Assembly (NCBI GenBank): GCA_045645365.1
Contig: JAZRIR010000008.1
Coordinates: forward strand, 8,912-72,911
Direction of reading: 5' to 3'
Source of the DNA: Clostridia bacterium
GTDB taxonomy: Bacteria > Bacillota > Clostridia > UBA1381
DNA length: 64,000 nt
Shown here piece after piece: positions 20,641 to 29,794 of the stretch. A program made the position numbers and the translations under genes. The notes beneath the pieces were generated by a model. It did no database searches. It was not told the origin of the DNA and saw only the letters and a list, made by a program, of their open reading frames with translations. Each line of letters starts with the position of its first letter. Within the stretch, counting starts at the first letter, position 1.

Positions 20641-22443
20641 ATGAAGAAATTTTTTGGATTTTTGCTTGCGACATCTGTTGCATTGAGTTCTTTTTCTGCG
20701 TTAGCTGCAGGAGAAAGCGCATTTAAAGATATATCTGATGCGAAATATGCATGGGCAAAACCTTATATCGAAGAAATGGCAAAAGGCGGATATATCGCCG
20801 GATATGAGGATAATACATATAGACCCGATAATATGGTAACAAAATTGGAAACTATTGTTCTTTTCTCAAGAGCAATGGGGGCAAAGAAGTCAACAAATGC
20901 TGATGCAGTTGAGCTCGCTCTTGATAAGTATTCAAAGGTTATAGATAAAGCTAATTTGAATTTTGGTGAAGAAGAAGTAGCATATATGCTGTATAGAGGT
21001 GCATTGACAGAAGAAGATGTTACACTTTATCTTGCTGACGGAAAAGCATCATTGGCAATGTCAAGACAGGAAGCTGCTGCTATAATCACAAAGGCTATGT
21101 GTGCAGATGAAGCTGCAAAAGCAGAGCTTTTGATAGATATGGACTATACAGATGCAAAATCTATTGATTCAGATTATGCACAGTATGTATTTTATGTTAG
21201 TGAAAATGGAATAATGAATGGTATGGACGACGGCTCATTCGGACCTGAGGCAAATGTTTTAAGAAGCCAGATTGCAGCAATGCTTTACCGTACTGTTGAC
21301 AAAATGAATTTATACATTGAAACGGTTTTAGTTCCTGAAATTGATGCGAAGGTAAACAACATCACAATTCTTGACGAACAGAACGAATCAATTAAAATTG
21401 GTTATGAAGATACAACAAAATTCTTCTCAGCCGGAGAAGAGATTGCTGATACTGAATTTGTAAACAGCTCAAGAGCAATGCTTACATATATCAATAATGC
21501 ATTGGTATTTGTTGATATGTATGACAGAGTTGTTGATGAGACTGTTAAGGGAGTATATCAGGGTGCGTTTGTTGAAGACGAAATTACAACCATAACATTC
21601 AAGCCAAGCAATCAGACAAAGGCTGTTGAATATGAAGCACTAAACGGAGCACAGGTGATTAATCAGGATGGTTCCTTGGTTAGCTTTAAGAATATTGCTG
21701 CAGGAAGCTATGTTGAACTTGAATTGACTAATGATAAGGTTGTTAAGCTTACTCAGCTTAAAACAAACAGCTATATTCCTGGAGCGATTGTTGCAAACTT
21801 AAGTATTGAAGATGATTTGTACTTGACAATTTCACACGAGGATGAAGAGTATGACGGTATGGTATTTAGACTTGGTGATGAAATTTTAGTTTACAAAAAT
21901 GATGATATACAGGATTTGTCAAAGATTTATAAGGGTGACAAAATTGATATAACAATGGAATATGGCGAAATCACAAAGATTAAAGCTTATTCTAATACTA
22001 AGACATATCAGGGAACAATCGCTGAAATAGTTTATTCTTCCGAGCCTATAGTTAAAATTAAATCTGGCGGAGAAATCATTGAATTTGGTGTAACTCCTGA
22101 TGTAAAGGTCAAGGTTAATGGAGAGGCTGCAACATTGTATGAACTAAGAGTTGGTGATTCTGTTAAGGCTACTGCTGAAAGTGATACGATCTTGTCAATA
22201 GAAACAACAGCAGTTACAGGTGCAGGCAGCAGTATAAGCGGTATAGTTGAGGTTGTTAATGCTTCTAAGGGATTTATTAAGGTAAACGGTGAAACTATTT
22301 TCTGCAAAGATACAACAACAAAGGTTGTTACTGCAAGCGGAGAAGATAAGGTTATTAAAAATCTTTTGGAGGGACAAACTGTTTCTGTAAGAGGTATAAT
22401 TCAAAACGGTGCATATACAGCAACTTTGATTATAATTGAATAA
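20641..22443 (+). CDS. secreted SLH-domain cell-wall protein
   Basis: Signal peptide MKKFFGFLLATSVALSSFSALA, followed by SLH-type repeats (FKDISDAKYAWAKPYIEEMAKGGYIAGYEDNTYRPDNMVTKLE; a second copy near DYTDAKSIDSDYAQYVFYVSENGIMNG). Confidence 0.8.
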   Translation: MKKFFGFLLATSVALSSFSALAAGESAFKDISDAKYAWAKPYIEEMAKGGYIAGYEDNTYRPDNMVTKLETIVLFSRAMGAKKSTNADAVELALDKYSKVIDKANLNFGEEEVAYMLYRGALTEEDVTLYLADGKASLAMSRQEAAAIITKAMCADEAAKAELLIDMDYTDAKSIDSDYAQYVFYVSENGIMNGMDDGSFGPEANVLRSQIAAMLYRTVDKMNLYIETVLVPEIDAKVNNITILDEQNESIKIGYEDTTKFFSAGEEIADTEFVNSSRAMLTYINNALVFVDMYDRVVDETVKGVYQGAFVEDEITTITFKPSNQTKAVEYEALNGAQVINQDGSLVSFKNIAAGSYVELELTNDKVVKLTQLKTNSYIPGAIVANLSIEDDLYLTISHEDEEYDGMVFRLGDEILVYKNDDIQDLSKIYKGDKIDITMEYGEITKIKAYSNTKTYQGTIAEIVYSSEPIVKIKSGGEIIEFGVTPDVKVKVNGEAATLYELRVGDSVKATAESDTILSIETTAVTGAGSSISGIVEVVNASKGFIKVNGETIFCKDTTTKVVTASGEDKVIKNLLEGQTVSVRGIIQNGAYTATLIIIE

Positions 22444-22459
22444 TATACTTTGTTTTATA

Positions 22460-22490
22460 GGGGTTGCATTGATTTTGTGCAACCCCTTTG
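22460..22490 (+). terminator. terminator hairpin after the SLH gene
   Basis: ggggttgca / tgcaacccc stem followed by a short T-run. Confidence 0.65.
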
Positions 22491-22512
22491 ATTGTTGATT
22501 GGAGTTTTATTG

Positions 22513-23643
22513 ATGAAAAAAAGAAAATTAAACGGACAGTTTTTGACATTCTTACTAATAGTATTATTGTTGATAATTTATAAGTCTATTGATAATTTAT
22601 CTGCTGTAGGAAGTTTTTTTGGGAATATCTTCGATGCGGTGAAACCATTTGTTGCAGGTTTTTTAATTGCATATATACTGAATTTGCCTTGTAAAAATAT
22701 TGAAGGGCTTTTAAATAAAACAAAGTTTAAAATTATTAATAAAAACAGTAAGGGAATAAGTATTTTTATTGTGTATATTCTGGCTTTGATAATTATTACT
22801 ATCAGTGTGAGAATAATTGTTCCTGCAATATACGAAAACTGCCTTGATTTATATAAGAATGCTCCCTTATATATGGATAAGATTGTTTCATATATAAACG
22901 GATGGCTTGGTAGATTTGATTATAACATTATTTCTCTTGACTCAATAAAGACAGCAATACTTAAATATATAAAAAACATTGATGTTACAGAGTTTTCAAA
23001 ATATGCCCAAGGTGTTATCAATCTTACATCAGGTTTGATGAACACTTTTATAGCTATTATTGCTTCAATTTATATGCTAATTGATTCTGACAGAATAAAA
23101 GGTTTATTAAAATATATTTTTGCAGCATTTACATCTAAAGAGACATCTGAAAAGGTGAGTGATTTCTTCAAAAGAGTTAACGATATTTTTTCAAAGTATA
23201 TATACTGTAAACTCATTGAAGCAGTTATTGTCGGAGTGATTTCGACATTAATTCTGTTTATATTTAAGGTTAAATATGCTGTAATGCTTGGTTTTTTGAT
23301 AGGATTTTTGAATTTAATCCCTTATTTCGGTTCAATTATTTCATCGATATTTGTAGTTTTGATTACATTGGTTACAGGCGGTATTTTACAAGCACTATGG
23401 ATTGCAGTTGCTCTGTTGATATTGGAGCAGATTGATGGAAACTTTATTGGCCCTAAAATTATGAATAATATGCTCGAAATTCGTCCGCTTTGGGTAATAT
23501 TTGCAGTAACGGTTTTCGGGAAACTTTTTGGGGTTGTTGGTATGTTATTCTCTGTTCCTGTGTTCGTTGTTCTTAAAATGATTACAAAGGAATTTGTTAT
23601 TTCAAAAAGAGAGAGAAAAAAGGCTTTAGAGAATAAAGATTAA
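22513..23643 (+). CDS. AI-2E family (PerM/UPF0118) transporter
   Basis: About 376 aa and multi-TM. The C-terminal LIPYFGSII...EQIDGNFIGPKIM block is typical of the family. Confidence 0.85.
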   Translation: MKKRKLNGQFLTFLLIVLLLIIYKSIDNLSAVGSFFGNIFDAVKPFVAGFLIAYILNLPCKNIEGLLNKTKFKIINKNSKGISIFIVYILALIIITISVRIIVPAIYENCLDLYKNAPLYMDKIVSYINGWLGRFDYNIISLDSIKTAILKYIKNIDVTEFSKYAQGVINLTSGLMNTFIAIIASIYMLIDSDRIKGLLKYIFAAFTSKETSEKVSDFFKRVNDIFSKYIYCKLIEAVIVGVISTLILFIFKVKYAVMLGFLIGFLNLIPYFGSIISSIFVVLITLVTGGILQALWIAVALLILEQIDGNFIGPKIMNNMLEIRPLWVIFAVTVFGKLFGVVGMLFSVPVFVVLKMITKEFVISKRERKKALENKD

Positions 23644-23663
23644 TTTTTTGGAGGCTACAGTAT

Positions 23664-24881
23664 ATGAGAATTGCTGTAATAGGCGGTGGAGCATCCGGGA
23701 TTATGTCAGCAATTTCGGCTGCACGGAACAATGCCGAGGTTACAATATATGAGCGATGTGAAAGAATTGGAAGAAAAATTCTTGCAACAGGTAACGGTAG
23801 ATGTAATTATACAAACATAAATGCAGGAGTATTGAATTATCACGGCAAAAATCCACGCTTTATTGAAAATTCGATAAACAGCTTTTGGGTAAATGAAACA
23901 AAAGACTTTTTTGCTGAGTTAGGTATGCTTACCAAGGTTGAGGAAAATGGAAAAGCTTATCCTTACAGTCTGCAGGCATCGGCAGTATTGGATGTTTTAC
24001 GATATGAGCTTGAGAGATTAGGTGTTAAAATAGTAACAGAGTTTGAGGTAAAAGAAATATTCAAAAAGAATTCGGAATTTGTAATCAAATCATATGATGG
24101 TCAAACTGCAATTAGTGATAAGGTTATAGTTTCTACAGGAGGCAAAGCAAGTCCATCGCTTGGCTCTAATGGGAGCGGATATAAAATTGCAGAGGATTTT
24201 GGTCATAAGATTACAAAGCTATATCCGTCACTCGTCCAGATTAAAACTGATACAAATATTATAAAAGCACTAAAAGGTATTAAGCTTGATGCAAATGTCG
24301 AAATATTTGCAGGCAACAAAAAGGAAAAAGCATTCGGTGAAATTCTTTTTACCGATTACGGTCTCTCAGGTCCTGTAATATTTAATATTTCAAGAATTTG
24401 CACAGAAGCTGGTAATAAGCAAATATCACTTGATATTCTTCCTGAAATCAACCATAATGACCTATACGATATTCTAAGAGAAAGAAGAACACAAAAAAGA
24501 AATCTTGAAACTTTTTTTGTTGGAATGATAAATAAAAAGGTGGGAATGGCTGTTATGAAATATGCCGGTGTTCTTCCGTATTCAAGAACATCAGATACCA
24601 TTTCTGATAAGGAATTGAAAAGATTAGTTGATGCTCTTAAAAATTTCAGGTTAGAGGTTACGGGAACAATGTCATGGAATAATGCTCAGGTGACAGCAGG
24701 CGGTATAGTGACTGATGACATAAATCCGTCAACAATGGAATCAAAGTTTATAAATGGTCTTTATTTTACAGGTGAAATTCTTGATATTGACGGTGATTGC
24801 GGAGGATATAATCTGCAGTGGGCATGGTCAAGCGGATATATTGCAGGTAAAGAGGCCTCAAAGGAGAGTTGTAATGCTTAA
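23664..24881 (+). CDS. HI0933/BaiN-family FAD flavoprotein
   Basis: Rossmann motif IAVIGGGASGIMSA, and the C-terminal FTGEILDIDGDCGGYNLQWAWSSG characteristic of HI0933-like proteins. Confidence 0.8.
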   Translation: MRIAVIGGGASGIMSAISAARNNAEVTIYERCERIGRKILATGNGRCNYTNINAGVLNYHGKNPRFIENSINSFWVNETKDFFAELGMLTKVEENGKAYPYSLQASAVLDVLRYELERLGVKIVTEFEVKEIFKKNSEFVIKSYDGQTAISDKVIVSTGGKASPSLGSNGSGYKIAEDFGHKITKLYPSLVQIKTDTNIIKALKGIKLDANVEIFAGNKKEKAFGEILFTDYGLSGPVIFNISRICTEAGNKQISLDILPEINHNDLYDILRERRTQKRNLETFFVGMINKKVGMAVMKYAGVLPYSRTSDTISDKELKRLVDALKNFRLEVTGTMSWNNAQVTAGGIVTDDINPSTMESKFINGLYFTGEILDIDGDCGGYNLQWAWSSGYIAGKEASKESCNA

Positions 24882-26442
24882 AATAAGCAATATAAGACTG
24901 GAAATTGATGAAGAACTTACCAAAGATACAATTTCAAAAAAGAATCAAATAAAAAAAGAGGATATTTTAAATTTCAAATTATATAAAAAATCGGTTGATG
25001 CAAGAAAAAAGAATGATATTCATTATACTTGTGCAGTTTTGGTGGAATTAAAAAACGAAAAGAAATATCTTTCATATAACAATGTTTCTGTATATAAAAA
25101 ATTTAATATCAATATTCCAAATATAAGTGTTGATCTTAGACCGATAGTTGTAGGATGCGGACCTGCAGGATTATTTGCTGCCTTGTACCTGTCTTATGCG
25201 GGATTAAAACCACTCTTAATTGAACGCGGTGCAAATGTTGATAAAAGAATAGAGTCCGTTAAGAATTTCTGGGAAAATGGTGTATTTGACAAAAAAACTA
25301 ATGTTCAGTTCGGAGAGGGCGGAGCTGGTACATTTTCGGACGGCAAACTCACAACAGGTGTGAATGATGAGAGAATGGATTTTATAAAGGAAGAACTGGT
25401 TAAATTTGGAGCACCTGAAGAAATACTCTATATATCTAAACCTCATATTGGCACTGATAAGCTCTGTACAACTGTAAAAAATATCAGAAATGAGATAATA
25501 AGGTTAGGCGGTACCGTTTTATTTGAAACACAATTAATTGATATTATTTCGGATAACGGCAAATTAACTGCTATTGAGGTTAAAAATGACGGAGTAGTTA
25601 AAACAATTAACTGCCAGGAATTAATACTTGCAATAGGACACAGTGCAAGAGATACATTTCTAATGCTTAAAAATAAAAATATCAAAATGCAGAGAAAGAC
25701 ATTTTCAATCGGAGGAAGAATTGAACATTTGCAATCTGATATAGGATATTCACAGTATGGTGAGCTATATAAAAAACTTTCACCCGCAGACTATAAGCTT
25801 TCCATTAAAACCAAGGACGGAAGAGGGGTATATACTTTTTGTATGTGTCCGGGAGGTATGGTTGTTGCATCCACATCTGATGAGGGGTGTGTTGTAACTA
25901 ACGGTATGAGTTATTTTTCCCGTGATGGTGTTAATGCGAACAGTGCACTTTTAGTTACTGTAAATCCTGAGGATATTGAGGGTGATGATGTTCTTGGTGG
26001 CGTGTATTTACAAAAATCGATAGAAGAAAAAGCCTTTTTAGTAGGAGGGAAAAATTATTTTGCACCTGTACAGAGGGTTGGTGATTTTCTCTTGGATATA
26101 CCAAGCGAAAGCTTTGGTAAGGTAAAGCCAACATACTTACCCGGTACTGTTTTTGCAGAAATCAAGGATATACTTCCTGAATTTATTGTTAATTCGATGA
26201 AAGAAGCTATTGTGCTGCTTGATAAAAAGCTAAAAGGTTTTGCAGATGAAGATGCAATAATAACAGTTCCTGAAACAAGGAGCTCATCTCCTGTTCGTAT
26301 AGTAAGAGATAAAGACACATTAGAGTGTGAAATATCAGGGATTTTCCCTTGCGGAGAGGGAGCAGGTTATGCAGGAGGAATTATGTCTGCAGCATTGGAC
26401 GGTATTCGCTGTGCACAGAGTCTGATTTCAAAATACACTTGA
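24874..26442 (+). CDS. FAD-dependent protein (COG2509-like dehydrogenase)
   Basis: I moved the start to the ATG at 24874 (RBS AAGGAGAG, 8-nt overlap with the upstream stop). Motifs seen: VVGCGPAGLFAAL, FCMCPGG, PCGEGAGYAGGI. Confidence 0.8.
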   Translation: MLKISNIRLEIDEELTKDTISKKNQIKKEDILNFKLYKKSVDARKKNDIHYTCAVLVELKNEKKYLSYNNVSVYKKFNINIPNISVDLRPIVVGCGPAGLFAALYLSYAGLKPLLIERGANVDKRIESVKNFWENGVFDKKTNVQFGEGGAGTFSDGKLTTGVNDERMDFIKEELVKFGAPEEILYISKPHIGTDKLCTTVKNIRNEIIRLGGTVLFETQLIDIISDNGKLTAIEVKNDGVVKTINCQELILAIGHSARDTFLMLKNKNIKMQRKTFSIGGRIEHLQSDIGYSQYGELYKKLSPADYKLSIKTKDGRGVYTFCMCPGGMVVASTSDEGCVVTNGMSYFSRDGVNANSALLVTVNPEDIEGDDVLGGVYLQKSIEEKAFLVGGKNYFAPVQRVGDFLLDIPSESFGKVKPTYLPGTVFAEIKDILPEFIVNSMKEAIVLLDKKLKGFADEDAIITVPETRSSSPVRIVRDKDTLECEISGIFPCGEGAGYAGGIMSAALDGIRCAQSLISKYT

Positions 26443-26496
26443 TTTTTTTGTCGATTTATGATAAGTTATATGTAGTAATATTTAGGAGGAAATACG

Positions 26497-26928
26497 ATGA
26501 AAAAATTACTTTCACTTTTATTGACTGCGGTAATTATTTTATCATCTATGTTAGTTATGGCACAAAAGGATGTTACAGTTATAAAAGACGGAGAAGAACT
26601 ATTATTTGATGTTAATCCGTATATTGATGTTGATGTAACAATGGTGCCTATGAGAGCAATATTTGAATCTGTTGGTGCCAAGGTTAGCTGGGATAATGAT
26701 ACAAGAACAGTTATATCGGTATATCAGGTGGGAGAAGAAAATAGAAATTTAATTCTTCAGGTTGGAACTGATTATGCATTTTTAAATGGTGAAAAAATCA
26801 CCATGGATAAAACTGCAGTAATAGTTGGTGACAGAACATTTATTCCATTAAGAGCAGTTGTTGAGACATTAGGACATAATGTCTTATGGGACCCTGATAC
26901 ATACACAGTTACAATTACTACTAAATAA
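26497..26928 (+). CDS. secreted copper-amine-oxidase N-terminal (stalk) domain protein
   Basis: It has a signal peptide. MVPMRAIFESVGAKVSWD and FIPLRAVVETLGHNVLWDPDTYTVTI are the two halves of the Cu_amine_oxidN1-type fold. Confidence 0.7.
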   Translation: MKKLLSLLLTAVIILSSMLVMAQKDVTVIKDGEELLFDVNPYIDVDVTMVPMRAIFESVGAKVSWDNDTRTVISVYQVGEENRNLILQVGTDYAFLNGEKITMDKTAVIVGDRTFIPLRAVVETLGHNVLWDPDTYTVTITTK

Positions 26929-26933
26929 TTTTT

Positions 26934-26960
26934 GGGCGGTTTTTTAACCGCCCATTGTTG
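26934..26960 (+). terminator. terminator hairpin
   Basis: gggcggtt / aaccgccc stem. Confidence 0.6.
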
Positions 26961-26974
26961 CAGAAAGGCTTGAA

Positions 26975-27994
26975 ATGAAAAGAAATTATTGGTTTTACAT
27001 TTTGGTTTTTGTGCTTATTGCACTGGTTGCTTTTTCCGTATTAAAAAACCAACAGATGGAGTACAATACACATATAGAGGGGGTTATGGATACCACTTCT
27101 GATATAACTGTTATTACTGGAGATGACGGTACAAAAATCATTAGTGATATAACAGATTTACTGTATAAGTATGACAAAATGTTCTCCCATACAAATGAAA
27201 ATAGTGATATATATAAGCTTAACAATTTTGAAGATGCCGAAATTTCTTGGGAAACCTACGATATTATAAAAAGATGTAGAGATTTTTATAATGATACAAA
27301 GGGTTCTTACGATATTACTGTAGGGACGGTGGCTGAATTATGGAATGAAACCTTCAAAACAGGTAAATTACCAGATTTTGAAGTATTAAGGTCTTGTGTC
27401 GAAAATGTTTCATATGAATCTCTAAAATTTACAGATAAAAAAGTTAAAATAACACAAAAAAATCAAAAAATCATTCTCGGTTCTGTTGTTAAAGGATATT
27501 TGACGGACATTATAAAGGAATATCTTGATGCTTCTAATGTAGATGATGCACTCATAAATCTTGGAGGAAATATATACGCAAGAGGCAAAAACAAGAATAA
27601 CAATTTATGGAATATAGGTGTTCAAGACCCTGTCAATGAAAATGAGCTATTGATGACGGTAAAGGTCAATGACAAGTTTGTTGTTACATCGGGTAATTAC
27701 ATAAGATGTGCGGATATTGATTCTGTAAGATACCATCATATTATAGACGCAAAAACAGGCTACCCTGTGTGGAATGAATTAAATAGTGTAACTATTATTT
27801 CAGATAGTGGATTTGTTGCCGATGCACTAAGCACCTCATGCTATATAATTGGATATGAAGAAAGCAAAAAGCTGTTGGAAAAGTACGATGTATATGCAGT
27901 ATTTGCAACAAATGAGAATAAGGTATTTTACTCTAAAGAGCTTGAAAATTTTATCGAAAAAATTAATAATAACTACGAATATATTCCATTTTAA
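26975..27994 (+). CDS. apbE: FAD:protein FMN transferase (ApbE family)
   Basis: 339 aa with an N-terminal membrane anchor. Motifs MDT...SDIYKLN..., GSVVKGY and HHIIDAKTGYP are typical of ApbE. Confidence 0.85.
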   Translation: MKRNYWFYILVFVLIALVAFSVLKNQQMEYNTHIEGVMDTTSDITVITGDDGTKIISDITDLLYKYDKMFSHTNENSDIYKLNNFEDAEISWETYDIIKRCRDFYNDTKGSYDITVGTVAELWNETFKTGKLPDFEVLRSCVENVSYESLKFTDKKVKITQKNQKIILGSVVKGYLTDIIKEYLDASNVDDALINLGGNIYARGKNKNNNLWNIGVQDPVNENELLMTVKVNDKFVVTSGNYIRCADIDSVRYHHIIDAKTGYPVWNELNSVTIISDSGFVADALSTSCYIIGYEESKKLLEKYDVYAVFATNENKVFYSKELENFIEKINNNYEYIPF

Positions 27995-28017
27995 TATAAA
28001 TAATGACAATTTTTTTT

Positions 28018-28071
28018 CCTTTGTCGGATTGTGGCATACGATTGCCTTAATTCGACAAAGGATTTTTTTTA
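28018..28071 (+). terminator. rho-independent terminator after apbE; its stem arms carry Spo0A-box-like sequences
   Basis: cctttgtcg (28018-28026) pairs with cgacaaagg (28053-28061), followed by T8. Confidence 0.75.
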
Positions 28072-28115
28072 TTGATTATATAAATAGATAATGTATAAAC
28101 AAAGGAGGAATTACT

Positions 28116-28451
28116 ATGGAAATAACATTGTTGTGTGAGAGAAGGACTGTAGTTGTCAAAATTCAGAGTGACCTTGACCACCATTTAGCAGTACAAATAA
28201 GAAGAGCGGTTGATGCAAAGATTAAAAGCTCCAATGCAATCAATATTATTTTTGATTTCAATATGGTAGATTTTATGGATAGTTCTGGAATAGGTATGTT
28301 AATGGGTAGATATAAAATGACAAGTATTCTTGGAGGAAAGGTAGTTGTTTTTGGAGTGAAAAAGCACATAAAGAGAATAATTGATATGTCGGGAATAGAT
28401 AAGATTATTAATATATGCGACACTTACGAAAATTCGCTTAAATTGATATAG
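28116..28451 (+). CDS. spoIIAA: anti-sigma-F factor antagonist (STAS domain)
   Basis: 111 aa with the phosphorylatable-Ser motif DFMDSSGIGMLMGR. It is the first gene of the spoIIA operon. Confidence 0.93.
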   Translation: MEITLLCERRTVVVKIQSDLDHHLAVQIRRAVDAKIKSSNAINIIFDFNMVDFMDSSGIGMLMGRYKMTSILGGKVVVFGVKKHIKRIIDMSGIDKIINICDTYENSLKLI

Positions 28452-28475
28452 TACTAAAGAAAGGATAAAATTGAA

Positions 28476-28901
28476 ATGGAAAATATAATGAAATTAGAAT
28501 TTGCAAATAAATCCTGTAACGAAAATCTTGCAAGATTGGCAGCTGCAGCCTTTGTGACACCGCTTGACCCCACCTGTGAGGAATTATCGGAAATAAAAAC
28601 AGCAATATCAGAAGCCGTGACAAATGCAATTATACACGGCTATGAGGACAGTATCGGAATGGTGAGGCTTGATGGAAGGATATACGGCAATATTGTTGAA
28701 TTTACAATAAGTGACAAGGGATGCGGTATTCAGGATGTTTCAAAGGCAATGGAACCTCTTTATACTGGTAAACCTGAGCTTGAGCGTTCAGGTCTTGGAT
28801 TTACTATTATGGAAAGCTTTATGGATAAAATTGAAGTAAAGAGTACGTTGGGAATAGGTACAGTAGTTAAAATGAAAAAGGTTATTAAAAATGACAGATA
28901 A
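28476..28901 (+). CDS. spoIIAB: anti-sigma-F factor (Ser kinase)
   Basis: 141 aa, GHKL-type, with EAVTNAIIHGY, DKGCGI and RSGLGFTIM. Confidence 0.94.
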   Translation: MENIMKLEFANKSCNENLARLAAAAFVTPLDPTCEELSEIKTAISEAVTNAIIHGYEDSIGMVRLDGRIYGNIVEFTISDKGCGIQDVSKAMEPLYTGKPELERSGLGFTIMESFMDKIEVKSTLGIGTVVKMKKVIKNDR

Positions 28902-29595
28902 TTTAACTTTACTAAAGAATTTACATAACGGAAATCAGGAATCGGAAAACGAACTGATAAAAAATAATATAGGACTTGTTGCCGGAATAGCAAGACGTTT
29001 TTATTCAAGTGGTTATGACAGTGAGGAGTTAATACAGATAGGATGTATGGGGCTCATTAAAGCCATTAGAAGATTTAATTTTGACTTTAATGTTCAGTTC
29101 TCCACGTACGCTGTTCCGTTGATTATAGGTGAAATAAAAAGATTTATAAGAGATGATGGCATAATAAAGGTCAGTAGGACTCATAAGGTTAATGCAATTA
29201 AAGCCAATATTGCAAAGGAAAAATTGCAACAAAAGTTAAAAAGAACTCCTACCATTTCTGAAATTGCAAGTGAAGCTTCTCTAACGGAAGAGGAAATCAT
29301 TGAGGCGATGGATGCAACCAATCCCCCCGAATCAATTCATCAAAGCTATGATGATAAAAATGAGTTGATTGATAAAATAGGTGTGGTTGAGGAAGAAGGA
29401 AAAATTATTAACAGAGTTTTGGTGAAAGAGGCGTTGAATATCTTAAATACCAGAGAGAAAAAGATTGTTGTAATGCGTTATTTTTACCAAAAAACTCAAA
29501 CAGAGATTTCAAAGGTCATAGGTGTTTCACAAGTTCAAGTATCCAGACTTGAAAAGGGAGCACTTATAAAAATGCATAAGTTTCTTGAAAGTTAA
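28891..29595 (+). CDS. sigF: sporulation sigma factor F
   Basis: 234 aa with sigma-70 regions 2-4 (FSTYAVPLIIGEIKRFIRDD; QTEISKVIGVSQVQVSRLEK). It sits immediately after spoIIAB. Confidence 0.94.
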   Translation: MTDNLTLLKNLHNGNQESENELIKNNIGLVAGIARRFYSSGYDSEELIQIGCMGLIKAIRRFNFDFNVQFSTYAVPLIIGEIKRFIRDDGIIKVSRTHKVNAIKANIAKEKLQQKLKRTPTISEIASEASLTEEEIIEAMDATNPPESIHQSYDDKNELIDKIGVVEEEGKIINRVLVKEALNILNTREKKIVVMRYFYQKTQTEISKVIGVSQVQVSRLEKGALIKMHKFLES

Positions 29596-29623
29596 AACAG
29601 TGTCGGAAAATTCCGACACTGTT
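29596..29623. terminator. bidirectional terminator between sigF (+) and the cotJC-type gene remnant (-)
   Basis: 12-bp perfect stem aacagtgtcgga / tccgacactgtt with A/T runs on both sides. Confidence 0.8.
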
Positions 29624-29626
29624 TAT

Positions 29627-29701
29627 TTATTTCTTATTGCCCATAAAGAACTTGTTTTTCTCGCACATTTTAGCCTGTAAATTGTTTAACGCTTCACCGA
29701 A
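29627..29701 (-). pseudogene. cotJC: cotJC-type Mn-catalase gene, C-terminal fragment (FGEALNNLQAKMCEKNKFFMGNKK*)
   Basis: The minus-strand translation continues exactly where the 43323-43656 fragment breaks (…VVHFQRFGEA|LNNLQ…). My recollection of B. subtilis CotJC ends …MRFREAVEILKEERDKKKIF. Confidence 0.85.
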
Positions 29702-29720
29702 GCTACTGTTTCAAACAAAC

Positions 29721-29755
29721 ACAGCCAAAGCCTGTTAAATTCAGGATTTGGCTGT
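29721..29755 (-). terminator. terminator of the minus-strand ATPase/Toprim operon
   Basis: acagccaaa / tttggctgt stem, followed on the minus strand by a T-rich tract, 40 nt downstream of the stop at 29795. Confidence 0.65.
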
Positions 29756-29794
29756 ATTGTATCTTTAAAATTTTGTGATTAAAATATAATGACT

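Noticed and set aside
24754-24873. N-terminal 40 codons of the listed ORF 24754-26442
   Set aside because: They overlap the 3' end of the upstream flavoprotein gene in another frame. An ATG with an AAGGAGAG SD at 24874 gives a typical N-terminus (MLKISNIRLE…).
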